In this document: positions 9,978 through 20,934 of the stretch, piece after piece
Layout: the number at the start of each line of letters is the position of its first letter
How positions within the stretch are numbered: position 1 is the stretch's first letter
Assembly: GCA_030649735.1 (NCBI GenBank)
Contig: JAUSFL010000036.1
Coordinates: forward strand, 32,001 to 96,000
Direction of reading: 5' to 3'
DNA length: 64,000 nucleotides
Origin: Candidatus Iainarchaeum sp.
GTDB taxonomy: Archaea > Iainarchaeota > Iainarchaeia > Iainarchaeales > UBA10191
Translations under genes and position numbers: made by a program
Notes under the pieces: model-generated
What the model was told of the DNA's origin: nothing
Seen by the model: the letters and a program-made list of their open reading frames with translations, nothing else
The model's database searches: none

Positions 9978-10901
9978 TTGGGAAACATAATCAATGCAAG
10001 CTTGGCTGGAGTTGAATTAAAAACTCCCACAATCCTGGCGTCAGGTTTTTTGGGAGTTAATTCTGGAATTCTAAAGCGCGCTGCAGAATGCGGAGCAGGT
10101 GCTGTGACAACAAAAAGCATTGGCTTTGAAAAACGCGACGGCCACAACAACCCCACAGTATTCGAGCTTGAAGCAGGAACAGGATTGATTAATGCAGTAG
10201 GACTGCCGACTCCTGGCTTTAGAAACATGGAGGAAGAATGGCTGGAATTAAAAGAATGCAAAGTGCCTGTGATTGCAAGCATTTTTGGCGCAAGCGTTCA
10301 AGAATTTGTTGAAGTCGCAGAATTTGTTGCAGGAAAAAAGCCCGCAATGATTGAACTAAACATTTCCTGCCCTAACTCTAAAAGCCACGGGCAATTGTTT
10401 GGGACAAGTAAGGAAGCAAGCTTTGAAGTCACAAGCGCAGTGAAAAACGTTATTGGAAAAATTCCTTTAATGCCAAAATTAAGCCCGCAGGCATTAAACA
10501 TTGCAGAAATTGGAAAAGCCTGCGAAGAAGCAGGCGCTGACGCGCTTTGCGCAATAAACACTTTAGGGCCTGGAATGGTCATTAACATTGAAGCACGCAA
10601 GCCAGTACTGCACTACAAGACAGGCGGATTATCAGGGCCTGCAATAAAGCCAATTGCAGTAAGGTGCGTTTGGCAATTGTTCGAAAGCGTGAAAATCCCA
10701 ATCTTAGGGTTGGGGGGAATAACTAATGGAAGAGACGCTGTTGAAATCATACAAGCAGGCGCTAGCGCTGTCGGAGTCGGAACGGCAATACACTACAATG
10801 GAATTGAAGCCTTCGGCAAAATCAACAGCGAGCTGGAAGACTGGATGCAGGCCAACGGATTTTCAAGCATTGAAAAATTAAGGGGAATAGCGCATGATTA
10901 A
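9978..10901 (+). CDS. pyrD: Dihydroorotate dehydrogenase (class 1B) catalytic subunit
   Basis: ILASG, TTKS, ELNISCPN, GGLSG motifs. Confidence 0.95.
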   Translation: MGNIINASLAGVELKTPTILASGFLGVNSGILKRAAECGAGAVTTKSIGFEKRDGHNNPTVFELEAGTGLINAVGLPTPGFRNMEEEWLELKECKVPVIASIFGASVQEFVEVAEFVAGKKPAMIELNISCPNSKSHGQLFGTSKEASFEVTSAVKNVIGKIPLMPKLSPQALNIAEIGKACEEAGADALCAINTLGPGMVINIEARKPVLHYKTGGLSGPAIKPIAVRCVWQLFESVKIPILGLGGITNGRDAVEIIQAGASAVGVGTAIHYNGIEAFGKINSELEDWMQANGFSSIEKLRGIAHD

Positions 10902-11703
10902 GGCTCCAGAGTTTGCAAAAATCTCACGCATAGTACCGGAAACCCCGACAGTGAAAACTTTCTATTTGGAAAAAGAATTGAATGGAATTCCAGGACAATT
11001 TGTAATGCTTTGGCTGCCTGGAGTTGACGAAAAGCCATTCAGTGTTTCGCAATTTGGAAAGCAAATTGCAGTAAGCATTCAAAAAAAGGGAAAATTCACT
11101 GAAAAATGCTTTGAGCTGAAAGAATGCGACAGCATTGGAGTGCGCGGGCCTTTCGGGAAAGGATTCAGCATTGCAGGAGTGAAAAAGGCAATAGTGATTG
11201 GCGGAGGCTGTGGAACAGCGGCAGTTGCAGGACTGCCGAAAATGCTCAAAGAGCAAAACATCAAATTTGTTTCAATAACTGGCGCCCGCACTAAAGAAGA
11301 ACTGTTTTCGCAAAAGAATTTCCAGAACTTTGGAGAATTGATTGAATGCACTGATGACGGAAGCTTTGGAAAAAAAGGCTTCGTGACTGAAGCCTTAAAG
11401 GAAATGCTTGCGAAAGAAAAGTTTGACTGCGTAATGGCCTGCGGGCCTGAAGCAATGCTATTGAATGTCTTCAAAACTTGCGAAGCAAACAGCACGCAAT
11501 GCCAGTTGAGTTTGGAAAGATTCATGAAATGCGGGCTTGGAGTTTGCGCGCAATGCGTGATTGACGACCAACTGGTGTGCAAGGACGGGCCAGTGTTCAA
11601 CAGCGAAAAAATGCGCAAGCTTTCAGAGTTTGGAAAATTCGCTCGCTTGAAAAGCGGGGAAAAAGTCGAATTGAAAGAATACTATGCCTGGAGGCAAAAA
11701 TAA
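10894..11703 (+). CDS. pyrK: Dihydroorotate dehydrogenase electron transfer subunit
   Basis: PGQFVM, RGPFGKGF, ERFMKCGLGVCAQC...CKDGPVF [2Fe-2S] motif; overlaps pyrD. Confidence 0.95.
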   Translation: MIKAPEFAKISRIVPETPTVKTFYLEKELNGIPGQFVMLWLPGVDEKPFSVSQFGKQIAVSIQKKGKFTEKCFELKECDSIGVRGPFGKGFSIAGVKKAIVIGGGCGTAAVAGLPKMLKEQNIKFVSITGARTKEELFSQKNFQNFGELIECTDDGSFGKKGFVTEALKEMLAKEKFDCVMACGPEAMLLNVFKTCEANSTQCQLSLERFMKCGLGVCAQCVIDDQLVCKDGPVFNSEKMRKLSEFGKFARLKSGEKVELKEYYAWRQK

Positions 11704-12398
11704 TGCTAAAAAAGCCAATTCAGGCACTTCGAGCCGCAAGATTGAAGCTCCGCGACCCTTCAAGGCCAGCATTTTACAAATTTCCGAAAAAAACTGTTTC
11801 CAGGGAAAGGCTTGATTCTTTCTGGACTGACTGGCGAGTTGGAAAAAGAGTCAAAAAATTCATACTTCCAATGTTCAATGCAAGGCAGGTAGTTGCTGTT
11901 TCGCCAAGCGTTTTGGGAACAGTAAGGAGGTTTAGGAGTGATGACCAAGCGAGAGTTTACTGGCATGATGCTGACAAAGTCAATAAGATAGTGAAATTGC
12001 TAAAGCCCAAAACTTTTAACCTGCTGCCAATCCAGCTTTTGGACTTGAATGGAAGCAATATTCTAGAAAGGATTTATTTGGCTCCCACAATATCAGATAT
12101 TGAAGGAGAAATTAAAGGCGGAATTTTTCAAAACAGGCATTTCAAGCACTTAGCTGCAAGGCTTGAAAGAAAAAATGTTCCAATTGAAAAAGTTTGGAAA
12201 GCATGCGAAAAGGCTGCAGAGGAAGCAGACAAAATTTCTAAAATTGAAGGACAAAAATTACATGGCGCAAGCTTTTACTTGTTTGACTCTCACAAGTCAA
12301 ACATTCTGGTACTGGATTATAATCCAAAAACAAAAAAAGTGCTTTTAGGGCTTGTTGACATTGGCGGCTCAATTAAGGAAGGAGACTATTCTTCATAG
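11703..12398 (+). CDS. Basic hypothetical protein, possible kinase-like fold
   Basis: TAATG overlap with pyrK stop; DSHKSNIL...LVDIG resembles catalytic-loop/DFG elements. Confidence 0.6.
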   Translation: MLKKPIQALRAARLKLRDPSRPAFYKFPKKTVSRERLDSFWTDWRVGKRVKKFILPMFNARQVVAVSPSVLGTVRRFRSDDQARVYWHDADKVNKIVKLLKPKTFNLLPIQLLDLNGSNILERIYLAPTISDIEGEIKGGIFQNRHFKHLAARLERKNVPIEKVWKACEKAAEEADKISKIEGQKLHGASFYLFDSHKSNILVLDYNPKTKKVLLGLVDIGGSIKEGDYSS

Positions 12399-12408
12399 GC
12401 GGGATTTT

Positions 12409-13689
12409 GTGGATTTGGCGCTAAACAATGGAACAGCAGTCATTGACAGGGAGCTTTACAAGGCAAACCTTGGCATAAAAGACGGAAAGATTGCGGAAAT
12501 TTCCGGCGAGATCTTAAAGGCAGACAGGGAAATTGACTGTGCTGGCAAAATAATACTTCCAGGAATAATTGACGAGCATGTGCATTTCAGGGTTCCTGGA
12601 GGAGAGCACAAGGAAGACTGGAAAACCGCGAGCCTTGCCGCAATTGCTGGCGGAGTCTGCACTGTAATTGACATGCCAAATACTAACCCGGCATTGACAA
12701 CTTGCGCCTTGCTTGAAGAAAGGCAAAAAATTGTTGAAAAAGACGCTCTTGTGAACTTCAAATTCCATTTCGGCGCAACAAGCGACAATTTTCAAGAGCT
12801 TGAAAACGCTCAAGAAATTGCATCGATAAAAGTTTTCATGGGCTCAAGCACTGGAAACTTGCTTGTCGAAGACAGCAAGGCATTGGAGAAGATTTTTGAA
12901 ATCGCAAAATCAAGGAACATCACAGTAAGCGTTCATTGCGAAGATGAAGAGCTAATGAGGCAGAATTTGGAAAAATTCAAGAGGGCAAATCACGCAAGAT
13001 TCCACAACAAAATACGAGACAATGAAGTTGAATGGAAGTCAATCAAGAAAGCGCTTGCAATCCAGGAAAAAGTAGGAAACAAATTGCACTTCATGCACGT
13101 TTCCACAAAGGAAGGATTAAGGTTCATTGAAAGCGCAAAAGAAAACGGCTTGAAAGTGACTTGTGAAGTCACTCCGCACCATTTGTTCCTGACTGACAAA
13201 GATACTGAATCATTGGGAAATTTTGGAAAAATGAACCCGCCATTAAGAAGCGGCGCAGACCTTGACGCCTTATGGACTGCAATCGCGAAAGGAACAATCG
13301 ATTGCATTGGAACAGACCACGCTCCGCACACGATTGAAGAAAAAAACCAGGAATACCAAAAGGCTCCAAGCGGAGTGCCCGGCATTGAGACAATGCTGCC
13401 ATTGCTTTTGAACGCGCGCTCCAAAGGAATGATAAGCATTGAAAAAATTGCTGCAATGTGCAGTGAAAACCCTGCAAGGATTTTCGGGCTTGAAGGAAAA
13501 GGAAAAATTCAACTTGGCTTTGACGCTGATTTCACAATAGTCGATTTGAAAGGAAGGACAGAAATAAGGAACGAAAACTTGCAGACAAAATGCAAATGGA
13601 GCCCTTTTAACGGCTTAAAATTAAAAGGAATTGTTGAAAAGACAATAATTAACGGAAAAGTAGTTTTTGATTTTGGAGGGAGTTTGTAA
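12409..13689 (+). CDS. pyrC: Dihydroorotase
   Basis: [34 protein letters not shown]. Confidence 0.93.
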   Translation: MDLALNNGTAVIDRELYKANLGIKDGKIAEISGEILKADREIDCAGKIILPGIIDEHVHFRVPGGEHKEDWKTASLAAIAGGVCTVIDMPNTNPALTTCALLEERQKIVEKDALVNFKFHFGATSDNFQELENAQEIASIKVFMGSSTGNLLVEDSKALEKIFEIAKSRNITVSVHCEDEELMRQNLEKFKRANHARFHNKIRDNEVEWKSIKKALAIQEKVGNKLHFMHVSTKEGLRFIESAKENGLKVTCEVTPHHLFLTDKDTESLGNFGKMNPPLRSGADLDALWTAIAKGTIDCIGTDHAPHTIEEKNQEYQKAPSGVPGIETMLPLLLNARSKGMISIEKIAAMCSENPARIFGLEGKGKIQLGFDADFTIVDLKGRTEIRNENLQTKCKWSPFNGLKLKGIVEKTIINGKVVFDFGGSL

Positions 13690-14303
13690 TGGGAAAGAAA
13701 GAATTGTGCAATGAATTATTTGATATAGGCGCAGTAAAGTTTGGATTGTTCACTTTAAAGTCTGGATTGAAAAGCCCGATTTACATTGACTTAAGAGTTC
13801 TTGTAAGCTATCCAGAGACCTTGAAAAAAGTCGGGAAAGAATTAGTTAAAATCTCAAAAGACCTGCAGTTTGACAAGATTGCCGGAATCCCGTACGCTGC
13901 AATCGCAATCGCGACAGCGTTTTCATTACAGTCTGGAAAGCCAATGATTTACCCGCGCAAGGAAGCAAAAGATTATGGGACAGCAAAGCAGATTGAAGGA
14001 GTTTTCAAGGCTGGCGAGCAAATATTGGTAATTGATGATTTGATTACCACTGGCGCGAGCAAGTTTGAGGCAATAAAGCCTTTGGAAGAAGCTGGATTGA
14101 AAATCAAGGACATTACAGTGCTTGTCGACAGGGAGCAGGGCGGAACCAAAGAGCTTGCGGAAAAAGGATATTCCTTGCATTCAGTGCTGACAATGACAGA
14201 GCTTTTGAAAAACCTCAAAAAAACCGGAAAAATTTCAGAAGAGCAATTCAAGGACTTGCGCTCTTACTTCAAAAACCCTGAAAAATGGCAAGAGGGGAAG
14301 TAA
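13689..14303 (+). CDS. pyrE: Orotate phosphoribosyltransferase
   Basis: [26 protein letters not shown] motif [11 protein letters not shown]. Confidence 0.95.
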   Translation: MGKKELCNELFDIGAVKFGLFTLKSGLKSPIYIDLRVLVSYPETLKKVGKELVKISKDLQFDKIAGIPYAAIAIATAFSLQSGKPMIYPRKEAKDYGTAKQIEGVFKAGEQILVIDDLITTGASKFEAIKPLEEAGLKIKDITVLVDREQGGTKELAEKGYSLHSVLTMTELLKNLKKTGKISEEQFKDLRSYFKNPEKWQEGK

Positions 14304-14304
14304 A

Positions 14305-15159
14305 ATGCAATTCTCTGAATTCTTGAAGGAAAGCAGTGAAAAAAACAAGAGCATTGTCTGCATGGGCGCAGACCCTGCCTTGGAAAAAATCGAGCTAGTG
14401 ATAAAAAAAGGCGACATTGAATACAAGATTTCAAAATTCTATTCAGAAATAATTGAAACATGCATTTCAGAAAATACTCTACCCGCAGCAGTAAAGCCAA
14501 ACTATGCGTTTTACGCACAGTACGGCTTTGAAGGCCTGCGCGCCTTGAAAAGCGTTTGCGAAAAAGTCAAGGAAGCAAACATTCCATTGATTTTTGACGG
14601 CAAAAGAGGAGACATTGGAAACACTTCAACGGCCTACGCAAAAGAGGCATTCGATTTTTGGGGCGCTGACTGCCTGACTGTAGCGCCTTACATGGGCAGC
14701 GACAGTGTTGGGCCTTTCATAAAATACTGTGAAGAGAAAGGAAAAGGCGTCTACATTCTAAATCGCACTTCAAATGCCGGTGCAGTGGATTTGCAAAACC
14801 TGATGGTTGAAGGAAAGCCATTGTTCTTGAAGACTGCAGAAAAAATTGTTGAATGGGGCGCTAAAGCCAATGGAAATGTCGGGGCAGTCGTCGGCGCAAC
14901 CTCAACTTTAGAACTGAAACAATTAGCAGAATTTTTTGCACCAAAGAAAGTGCCTTTGTTGATTCCTGGAGTTGGAAAGCAAGGCGGAAGCGCGCAAGAA
15001 GTAGTTAAAATACTGCAGGATTCTGGAAGCGAGCTTGCATTGCACAGGATTAACAGCTCTCGCGAAATCAATTACGCCTTTGAGGCAGAGAAGAATGAAG
15101 ACTATGCGGGCGCGGCAGTTCGAGCAATCCAAAAAATGAACAAAGAAATAAACTTTTGA
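14305..15159 (+). CDS. pyrF: Orotidine-5'-phosphate decarboxylase (type 2)
   Basis: DGKRGDIGNT, RTSN, GAVVGAT, LIPGVGKQGG. Confidence 0.95.
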   Translation: MQFSEFLKESSEKNKSIVCMGADPALEKIELVIKKGDIEYKISKFYSEIIETCISENTLPAAVKPNYAFYAQYGFEGLRALKSVCEKVKEANIPLIFDGKRGDIGNTSTAYAKEAFDFWGADCLTVAPYMGSDSVGPFIKYCEEKGKGVYILNRTSNAGAVDLQNLMVEGKPLFLKTAEKIVEWGAKANGNVGAVVGATSTLELKQLAEFFAPKKVPLLIPGVGKQGGSAQEVVKILQDSGSELALHRINSSREINYAFEAEKNEDYAGAAVRAIQKMNKEINF

Positions 15160-15191
15160 AAAATGAAACTCCGCACTAAAGGTTTTCAAGA

Positions 15192-15908
15192 ATGGAAAAG
15201 CCGGCAATCAAAAACATTGAGCTTTTGGTCCATCCGTTCTTTCACCTTAGATACCGCTTTCCAGAGCCGGGTACTCTGGCTGTGCTCCGCGATTATTACA
15301 ATCCAAACAGTGAATTAACTGGGCAAGAGCATGAGCAAATCAGAACTTCTTTTTTCAAAAAATGGATGGGCGTTTGGGGAAAGATTGTGCAGTCTGTGGA
15401 AAAAAACCCTCAAAGCATTCTGGTAATGACCCGCATGAATTTGCCTGATGCAACTACAAAAGTCTGGGATGGAAAAAAGGCTAAAATCACCAAACTGACC
15501 AGACCGCAGGAAGAATATTCAAGATTTGCGGCTTTCGCGCACAAAAGATTGGGCAATCGCTTTGTGACTGTTTCTCCATCAATAGATTCTGGATGGAAAT
15601 CTTTAGATTTAAAGAGAATTGTTGAAAACCGGCATTTTAACATTGCTCAAAGATTGCACATTAATGGTTTTGGAGAATATGCTAGCGATTGCGTATTGCA
15701 TTCAACCCAAGAACTTGAAAACTCGCTAAAAGCAGGAGGATTCAGAGTAACAAAAGCAATAAACCCAAAAGCTTCTTTTTCTCATTCAGATGCATTTCAA
15801 TACTACAATAATAAAGAAAGAGAAATTTTGCGCAAAAGACAATTGCAAGAGGCACGAAAGAAAAAGCCCGCAGTGCCAAAACCGCGGAACAGGCATTTCA
15901 GGCCTTAG
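15192..15908 (+). CDS. Basic hypothetical protein
   Basis: 238-aa ORF; LLVHPFF and GFGEY..CV motifs; Arg/Lys-rich tail. Confidence 0.65.
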   Translation: MEKPAIKNIELLVHPFFHLRYRFPEPGTLAVLRDYYNPNSELTGQEHEQIRTSFFKKWMGVWGKIVQSVEKNPQSILVMTRMNLPDATTKVWDGKKAKITKLTRPQEEYSRFAAFAHKRLGNRFVTVSPSIDSGWKSLDLKRIVENRHFNIAQRLHINGFGEYASDCVLHSTQELENSLKAGGFRVTKAINPKASFSHSDAFQYYNNKEREILRKRQLQEARKKKPAVPKPRNRHFRP

Positions 15909-16594
15909 GCCTTTTTCAATGCTTCACTGATTTTCAGCAATTCGCAAAGCTCGCTGATTTCAAAGTCTGATTTTCCTTTAGGCTCGCGCTTCTTGTTCAA
16001 GAAAACAGTTTTCAAACCAAATTTTTTTGCAAGCAGAACATCATCATTGTAGCTGTTTCCTACAAAAGCGGCATCGCGAGGCTTTAGCTTGAATTTTTTC
16101 AACGCGAGCTCGAAAAGCTTTCCTGACTCTTTCAAAAAGCCCTGCTCTGAACTGAAAAGCACTAAGTCAAAGTCTTTCTTGAAGTCAAACCCAAAAATTC
16201 TCTTGAAATCATAATAGCCCCAAGGCGCAACTCCAGAGCTGACCACTGCAAGCCCGAAATCTTTTCTCAAGGCCTGCAAAGTTTTCTTGTAATCTTTCGG
16301 AAGCCAAGTGAAATCCTTCCTAATTTCCAAATGCTTTTTCACAATATTTAGAATTTGCCGCTTGCTTGCGTTCAAGCCCAATTGCTTGAAAAGCAAGTCA
16401 AAGAATTCAAAATCTGAGGAAATCCAGCCAAGGCGGTAGCTTTCGTAAACCTGCTGGTATTTTTGCCTGAAAACTTCCCCGTCAATGTCATGCTTTAGTT
16501 CTTTACCCACTATTGGAACCAAGAGCTTCCACTGCTTGCTCCAGTCAAATTCCTGCAAAGTGTCAGTCAAGTCAAAAAACAAGGCATTTACCAT
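15905..16594 (-). CDS. HAD-superfamily hydrolase
   Basis: FFDLTDTL motif I, VVSS motif II, FVGNSYNDD motif IV. Confidence 0.85.
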   Translation of the reverse strand: MVNALFFDLTDTLQEFDWSKQWKLLVPIVGKELKHDIDGEVFRQKYQQVYESYRLGWISSDFEFFDLLFKQLGLNASKRQILNIVKKHLEIRKDFTWLPKDYKKTLQALRKDFGLAVVSSGVAPWGYYDFKRIFGFDFKKDFDLVLFSSEQGFLKESGKLFELALKKFKLKPRDAAFVGNSYNDDVLLAKKFGLKTVFLNKKREPKGKSDFEISELCELLKISEALKKA

Positions 16595-16671
16595 AATAAT
16601 TCTCCATAGAAGATTGCCTTGCAAGGATTATTTAAGCCTTTTTGCGCTTTGTTAAGAACGGTGGATGATTA

Positions 16672-17016
16672 ATGTTTCAGTTTGGTAAAGTTTTGAAAGT
16701 CTTCAAGCCCGAAGACAAGGAAATAGAATCTGGAGACAAAAGCGTTCAGGCACTTGTTGAAATGTGGGACGAAGTCATTTTGACGACTGCAGTAATGCAA
16801 AACATTGAAGAAAAATTAAAGGCCGGCGATTTTGTAATCACTGAAATCAGCCCTTTAAGCCCGAATCTTTACAGGCACACTATAGTGAAGGCATTGAGGG
16901 GAAAAGCGGGATTGGAAGCATGGAACGAGTACAAGAAAGTATTCAACAAGAGAAAAGAAGCCGAAATGCCGCAAATGGACTTGGACATTCCAAAAGGAAG
17001 AGGAATGATAAGGTAA
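16672..17016 (+). CDS. Hypothetical protein
   Basis: 114-aa ORF with GGTGG SD-like sequence upstream. Confidence 0.7.
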   Translation: MFQFGKVLKVFKPEDKEIESGDKSVQALVEMWDEVILTTAVMQNIEEKLKAGDFVITEISPLSPNLYRHTIVKALRGKAGLEAWNEYKKVFNKRKEAEMPQMDLDIPKGRGMIR

Positions 17017-17047
17017 AAGCTCAAAAAGAATAATCCACTGGTTTTAG

Positions 17048-17560
17048 CTAGTGGACTATTCCACTCTTCTCAACCTTTAAAACAACACTGGCTTCAGGCC
17101 GCACGCTTATTGAAACAAGGCGCACGGCATAGCCTTGCCAGTTAAAATCAGTGCGCTTTGTGAAAACAGAATCAGTATACTTTTCCTCTAGCTCAACGAG
17201 CTTTGTCTCGTTCCCAAGCCTTAACTTTAAGCTGACAGAAACAACAGCCGCTCGCTTTCCATTATCTTCAAGCACAATGTGCTCAATGGGGCCAAAACTG
17301 CATAACACTGTGAAATTGTTTTCCATAGTTTTCCTGTCCAAAAGCGGCTCTTCCAAAATCATTACTGGCTCGCCTGAAGAAATAGCGAACTCTTCGCCCA
17401 ATCGCACTAGCTTATGGTTTCTATAATAAACCATTCTCCCAGGGTCGGCCCAAAGCAAAACCCAATTGCTTGGCGTGCCTTTCTTTTTTCCGTCTTTTTG
17501 GACTTCATACCAGCCCAAGTCTGCGTCAACTTCATTGAATTCATGAACAGTTCCAGCCAT
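17048..17560 (-). CDS. Hypothetical protein
   Basis: 170-aa ATG ORF, no recognised motif. Confidence 0.65.
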   Translation of the reverse strand: MAGTVHEFNEVDADLGWYEVQKDGKKKGTPSNWVLLWADPGRMVYYRNHKLVRLGEEFAISSGEPVMILEEPLLDRKTMENNFTVLCSFGPIEHIVLEDNGKRAAVVSVSLKLRLGNETKLVELEEKYTDSVFTKRTDFNWQGYAVRLVSISVRPEASVVLKVEKSGIVH

Positions 17561-17626
17561 GCAATCACTTAAGATTGTTCTGCATTAAAAACTTTGCTGA
17601 ACTGCCAGTCCAAAAAAAAACAGGAA

Positions 17627-18199
17627 TCATTTTTTTCCAGAATGGTCGACAAACTTGAAGTTTGGCTTTTTCCTGCAAAGACTGCCAGTCAAGTGCATTA
17701 CTTTTTCCAAATTCTTTCTCTCTCCAGACAAAAGCAATGAATTGTAAAATCCATCCATCATTTCAACCTTGAATTTTCTTGCGGCCACTGTAATGTCCGT
17801 GAAAAACAAGTCAAACAAAATGTCATAATCATTCAAAGTGCGCGAAAGCCTTTTCACTGGAAGGACTGCCGTCAAGACATTCTTGTGCCTGTGCAAAGCA
17901 TGGGACAGCGTAAAGCGCGAAAGCGCGTGCAATATCTTGTCCCTTGACTTTAACGGCAAGTTCACATGCAGTGAGTCCAAAGGCTCCAAGCGGTCTATCT
18001 TCAACCCGACTTTTTTCTCGCCCATTTTTTCCAAAATCACTGGCAGGTAATTGTAAAAGAAAGCGTAAATTTCAGGCCGATTGTCTTCCAAAACCCCAAA
18101 TTTGAATCTGACAAACTGCTCTTTTTCCGGCATTGCTTTTAGCGCGGGTTTTTTTGCTTGCTTCACTTTTTTCTTTAATGCCTTTGATTTAGACTTCAT
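17627..18199 (-). CDS. Hypothetical protein
   Basis: ORF with Lys-rich N-terminus; no recognised motif. Confidence 0.6.
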   Translation of the reverse strand: MKSKSKALKKKVKQAKKPALKAMPEKEQFVRFKFGVLEDNRPEIYAFFYNYLPVILEKMGEKKVGLKIDRLEPLDSLHVNLPLKSRDKILHALSRFTLSHALHRHKNVLTAVLPVKRLSRTLNDYDILFDLFFTDITVAARKFKVEMMDGFYNSLLLSGERKNLEKVMHLTGSLCRKKPNFKFVDHSGKK

Positions 18200-18301
18200 G
18201 ATTAAAGCAGGAAATCCCATATATTTAAATTTTCCCGCAAAAGCCCGCAAATATCAAAGATGTTCCCAGCAGATTATAAATTATAAGCGCTTATTTTAAT
18301 C

Positions 18302-19309
18302 ATGGCTTCAAAGAATTGCATTATTGAAACTAAAGGACTGGTCAAGAAATTCGACAATTTTGAGGCAGTCAAAGACGTCAGCCTGTGCATTAATGAAGGC
18401 GAAATTTTCGGGCTTTTAGGCCCTAATGGCGCTGGAAAAACAACTTTTCTTTCAGTCTTGGCAACAACTCTTCAGGCAAACGGCGGAAGCGCAATGGTCA
18501 ATGGCTTTGATGTTTCAAAAAGCCCTGACGGAGTCAGGAAAAGCATTGGAATGAGCTTTCAGGACAATTCACTGGACATTGACTTGACAGCAAAGGAAAA
18601 CCTGTGGTTTCATTGCAGAATGTACCACATTCCAGAAAATCAAATCAATGAAAAAATAAGCCAGGCATTAAAGCTTGCTGACTTGGAGCAGTTTGCAGAC
18701 CGTGAGATAAAAAAATATTCTGGCGGAATGAAACGCAGATTGGAAATAGTGCGCGCTTTAATGCACGAGCCAAAAATACTGTTCTTGGACGAGCCGACGC
18801 TTGGCTTGGATCCTCAAACAAGGAGGGCATTGTGGGAAAAAATCAAGCAATTAAACCAAGAGAAAGGAATGACAATTATTTTGACAACGCATTACATGGA
18901 AGAAGCCAACGAGCTTTGCGACAGGATTGCAATAATTGACAAGGGAAGAATTGTGGCTTTGGGAACTTCCCAAGAATTGAAAAAAAGCGTGAAAGGAGAC
19001 GTCATAACGCTTGAAACAAGAAACAACCAGGCATTTGCGGGCAAAAAGTTCAAGTTTGTGAAAAACACAAAACTTCACAATGGAGAAATTTCTTTGACTG
19101 TTGATTCTGCAGAAAAACGCATTACAGAAATAGTGCTTTTTGCGAAAAAGAGCAAAATCCAAATCGACAATATCAACCTCAAAAAGCCTTCCTTAGAGGA
19201 TGTTTTCCTTCATTTCACAGGCAAGACAATCCGAGAGGCAGAATTAAGCGCCGAAGGCCAGTTTGCCGAGAGATTCAAGGCTTCAAAGCCTGAATTGAGG
19301 GCAAGGTGA
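18302..19309 (+). CDS. ABC-2 (DrrA-like) exporter ATP-binding protein
   Basis: GPNGAGKTT, YSGGMKRRL, LFLDEPT, PSLEDVF. Confidence 0.95.
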   Translation: MASKNCIIETKGLVKKFDNFEAVKDVSLCINEGEIFGLLGPNGAGKTTFLSVLATTLQANGGSAMVNGFDVSKSPDGVRKSIGMSFQDNSLDIDLTAKENLWFHCRMYHIPENQINEKISQALKLADLEQFADREIKKYSGGMKRRLEIVRALMHEPKILFLDEPTLGLDPQTRRALWEKIKQLNQEKGMTIILTTHYMEEANELCDRIAIIDKGRIVALGTSQELKKSVKGDVITLETRNNQAFAGKKFKFVKNTKLHNGEISLTVDSAEKRITEIVLFAKKSKIQIDNINLKKPSLEDVFLHFTGKTIREAELSAEGQFAERFKASKPELRAR

Positions 19310-19313
19310 AAAA

Positions 19314-20057
19314 ATGTGGAATGACGTTTTCACTCTGGCGTACAGGGAAGTCTTGATTCTGACAAAAATCAAAATCAGGATTTTAGGGCTGATTTTCAAT
19401 GCATTAATCTGGCTTGTTGCAATGGGCTTTGGCTTAAGCCCTTTGCTTTCAATAAGCGGAGTTTCATACTTTGCTTTCCTGGTGCCTGGAATGATTGGAA
19501 TAAACTTGCTTTTCCCAAGCTTTTTTGGGGCAAGCACTCTAATTACTGACAGGCAATTCGGGTTTTTGAAAGAAATGCTTGTCGCGCCAATCCCGAGAAC
19601 AACTTTGGTTTTGGGAAAGGCATTAGGGCTTTCATTTTACGCGACAGTTTCTGCGGCAATGGTTCTTGCATTCAGCATTATTTTGGGCTTTCAAATAAAC
19701 CATTGGTGGACTATTCCTGCATTGATTGGAATTGCATTGCTTGCTTCCTTGGGATTGACTTGCTTTGGACTGGCTTTGGCGATTAAAATCAAGGACACCC
19801 AGTCATTCCAGCTTTTGGGAAACTTCATTGTGTTTCCATTCTTCCTGCTTTCCGGCGCTTTTTTTCCATTAGACCAGGCGCCTTGGTTCATCAGGTACTT
19901 TTCCTACATTAACCCAATAACTTACGCGATTGACGCAATGCGCCAAATCACTTTAGGAATAGGCCACACGCCATTAATCCTGGACCTTGGAGTGCTTTTC
20001 GGATTCTTCATCATAACCTTGATTGTCGCGGCCAAATTGTTTGACAAAAGCGAATAA
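19314..20057 (+). CDS. ABC-2 type exporter permease
   Basis: About six TM segments; DRQFGFLKEMLVAP, LSGAFFP, NPITYAIDA. Confidence 0.93.
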   Translation: MWNDVFTLAYREVLILTKIKIRILGLIFNALIWLVAMGFGLSPLLSISGVSYFAFLVPGMIGINLLFPSFFGASTLITDRQFGFLKEMLVAPIPRTTLVLGKALGLSFYATVSAAMVLAFSIILGFQINHWWTIPALIGIALLASLGLTCFGLALAIKIKDTQSFQLLGNFIVFPFFLLSGAFFPLDQAPWFIRYFSYINPITYAIDAMRQITLGIGHTPLILDLGVLFGFFIITLIVAAKLFDKSE

Positions 20058-20124
20058 AAGAAAAGCATTAAAAAGCGGAAAAACTATTAAACAATGCAAG
20101 ACATAACTTATGCAAGGTTTAATA

Positions 20125-20934
20125 ATGAAAAAAGTGTTTGGCGCTGCATTGCTAATTTTTTTTGCTTTAGGGATTGCTTCCACTGCAAGCGCAATTACCG
20201 CAACTGTTGACGTTAAAGGCGGAAGCGAAGTGCTTCTCCCAACAGGAACAGGAGTAACTGACGGAATAGTGAAAGTCACTGTTGAAAAATTGACTGGCGA
20301 ATCTGTTTGGAGTTGGATAACCGACTGGTTTGCTGGCGGAACAAAAAAAGTTGAAGGCAGGGTTTACATACAAAAAGGCAATGATTTCTTTGAACTTGAC
20401 TGCACTCCAAAAACAATGCGTTATTTCATTCTAGACCCTAATGAAGAAGCAAACTGCAACTTGGATGATTCAACACTTCAACAGTACTTTTATGGCGAGA
20501 CTTTTGCGGGCAATCCAGAGCCGGTAAAAGTCAAGGTAATTTCAAACGATACTGAAAAGGCAAGACTGCAAATAACAATTAATGACGATTTCTTGAGAAA
20601 AGCAATGAACAAAATAAGTTCAGGCAGCAATAAATGGTTGAGATTAGATTTCTCCAGCAGCTTGAAAGACGGCTTGACTTTTGACATGGTAAAAAATAGC
20701 TTAACAATGTATTCTGATGCCGGGCTAACTAAACAAATTAATTTAACCCAGAAAAAATCAGTAGGAAACATTGTTTACATCCCCGCAGGCGATTTGGGGC
20801 TTACAACCGCAAGCATAAATAAAACAATTTACTTCACTATCTCCAAAGATGGGCAAGTTGGAAATTCTTCAATAACAATTACAAACCTTGATTTATCAAA
20901 GGACTTGGATGCTTTGCCAGCTGGGGCGAATTGA
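20125..20934 (+). CDS. Secreted hypothetical protein
   Basis: Signal peptide MKKVFGAALL...ASA; first gene of a tight cluster. Confidence 0.75.
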   Translation: MKKVFGAALLIFFALGIASTASAITATVDVKGGSEVLLPTGTGVTDGIVKVTVEKLTGESVWSWITDWFAGGTKKVEGRVYIQKGNDFFELDCTPKTMRYFILDPNEEANCNLDDSTLQQYFYGETFAGNPEPVKVKVISNDTEKARLQITINDDFLRKAMNKISSGSNKWLRLDFSSSLKDGLTFDMVKNSLTMYSDAGLTKQINLTQKKSVGNIVYIPAGDLGLTTASINKTIYFTISKDGQVGNSSITITNLDLSKDLDALPAGAN

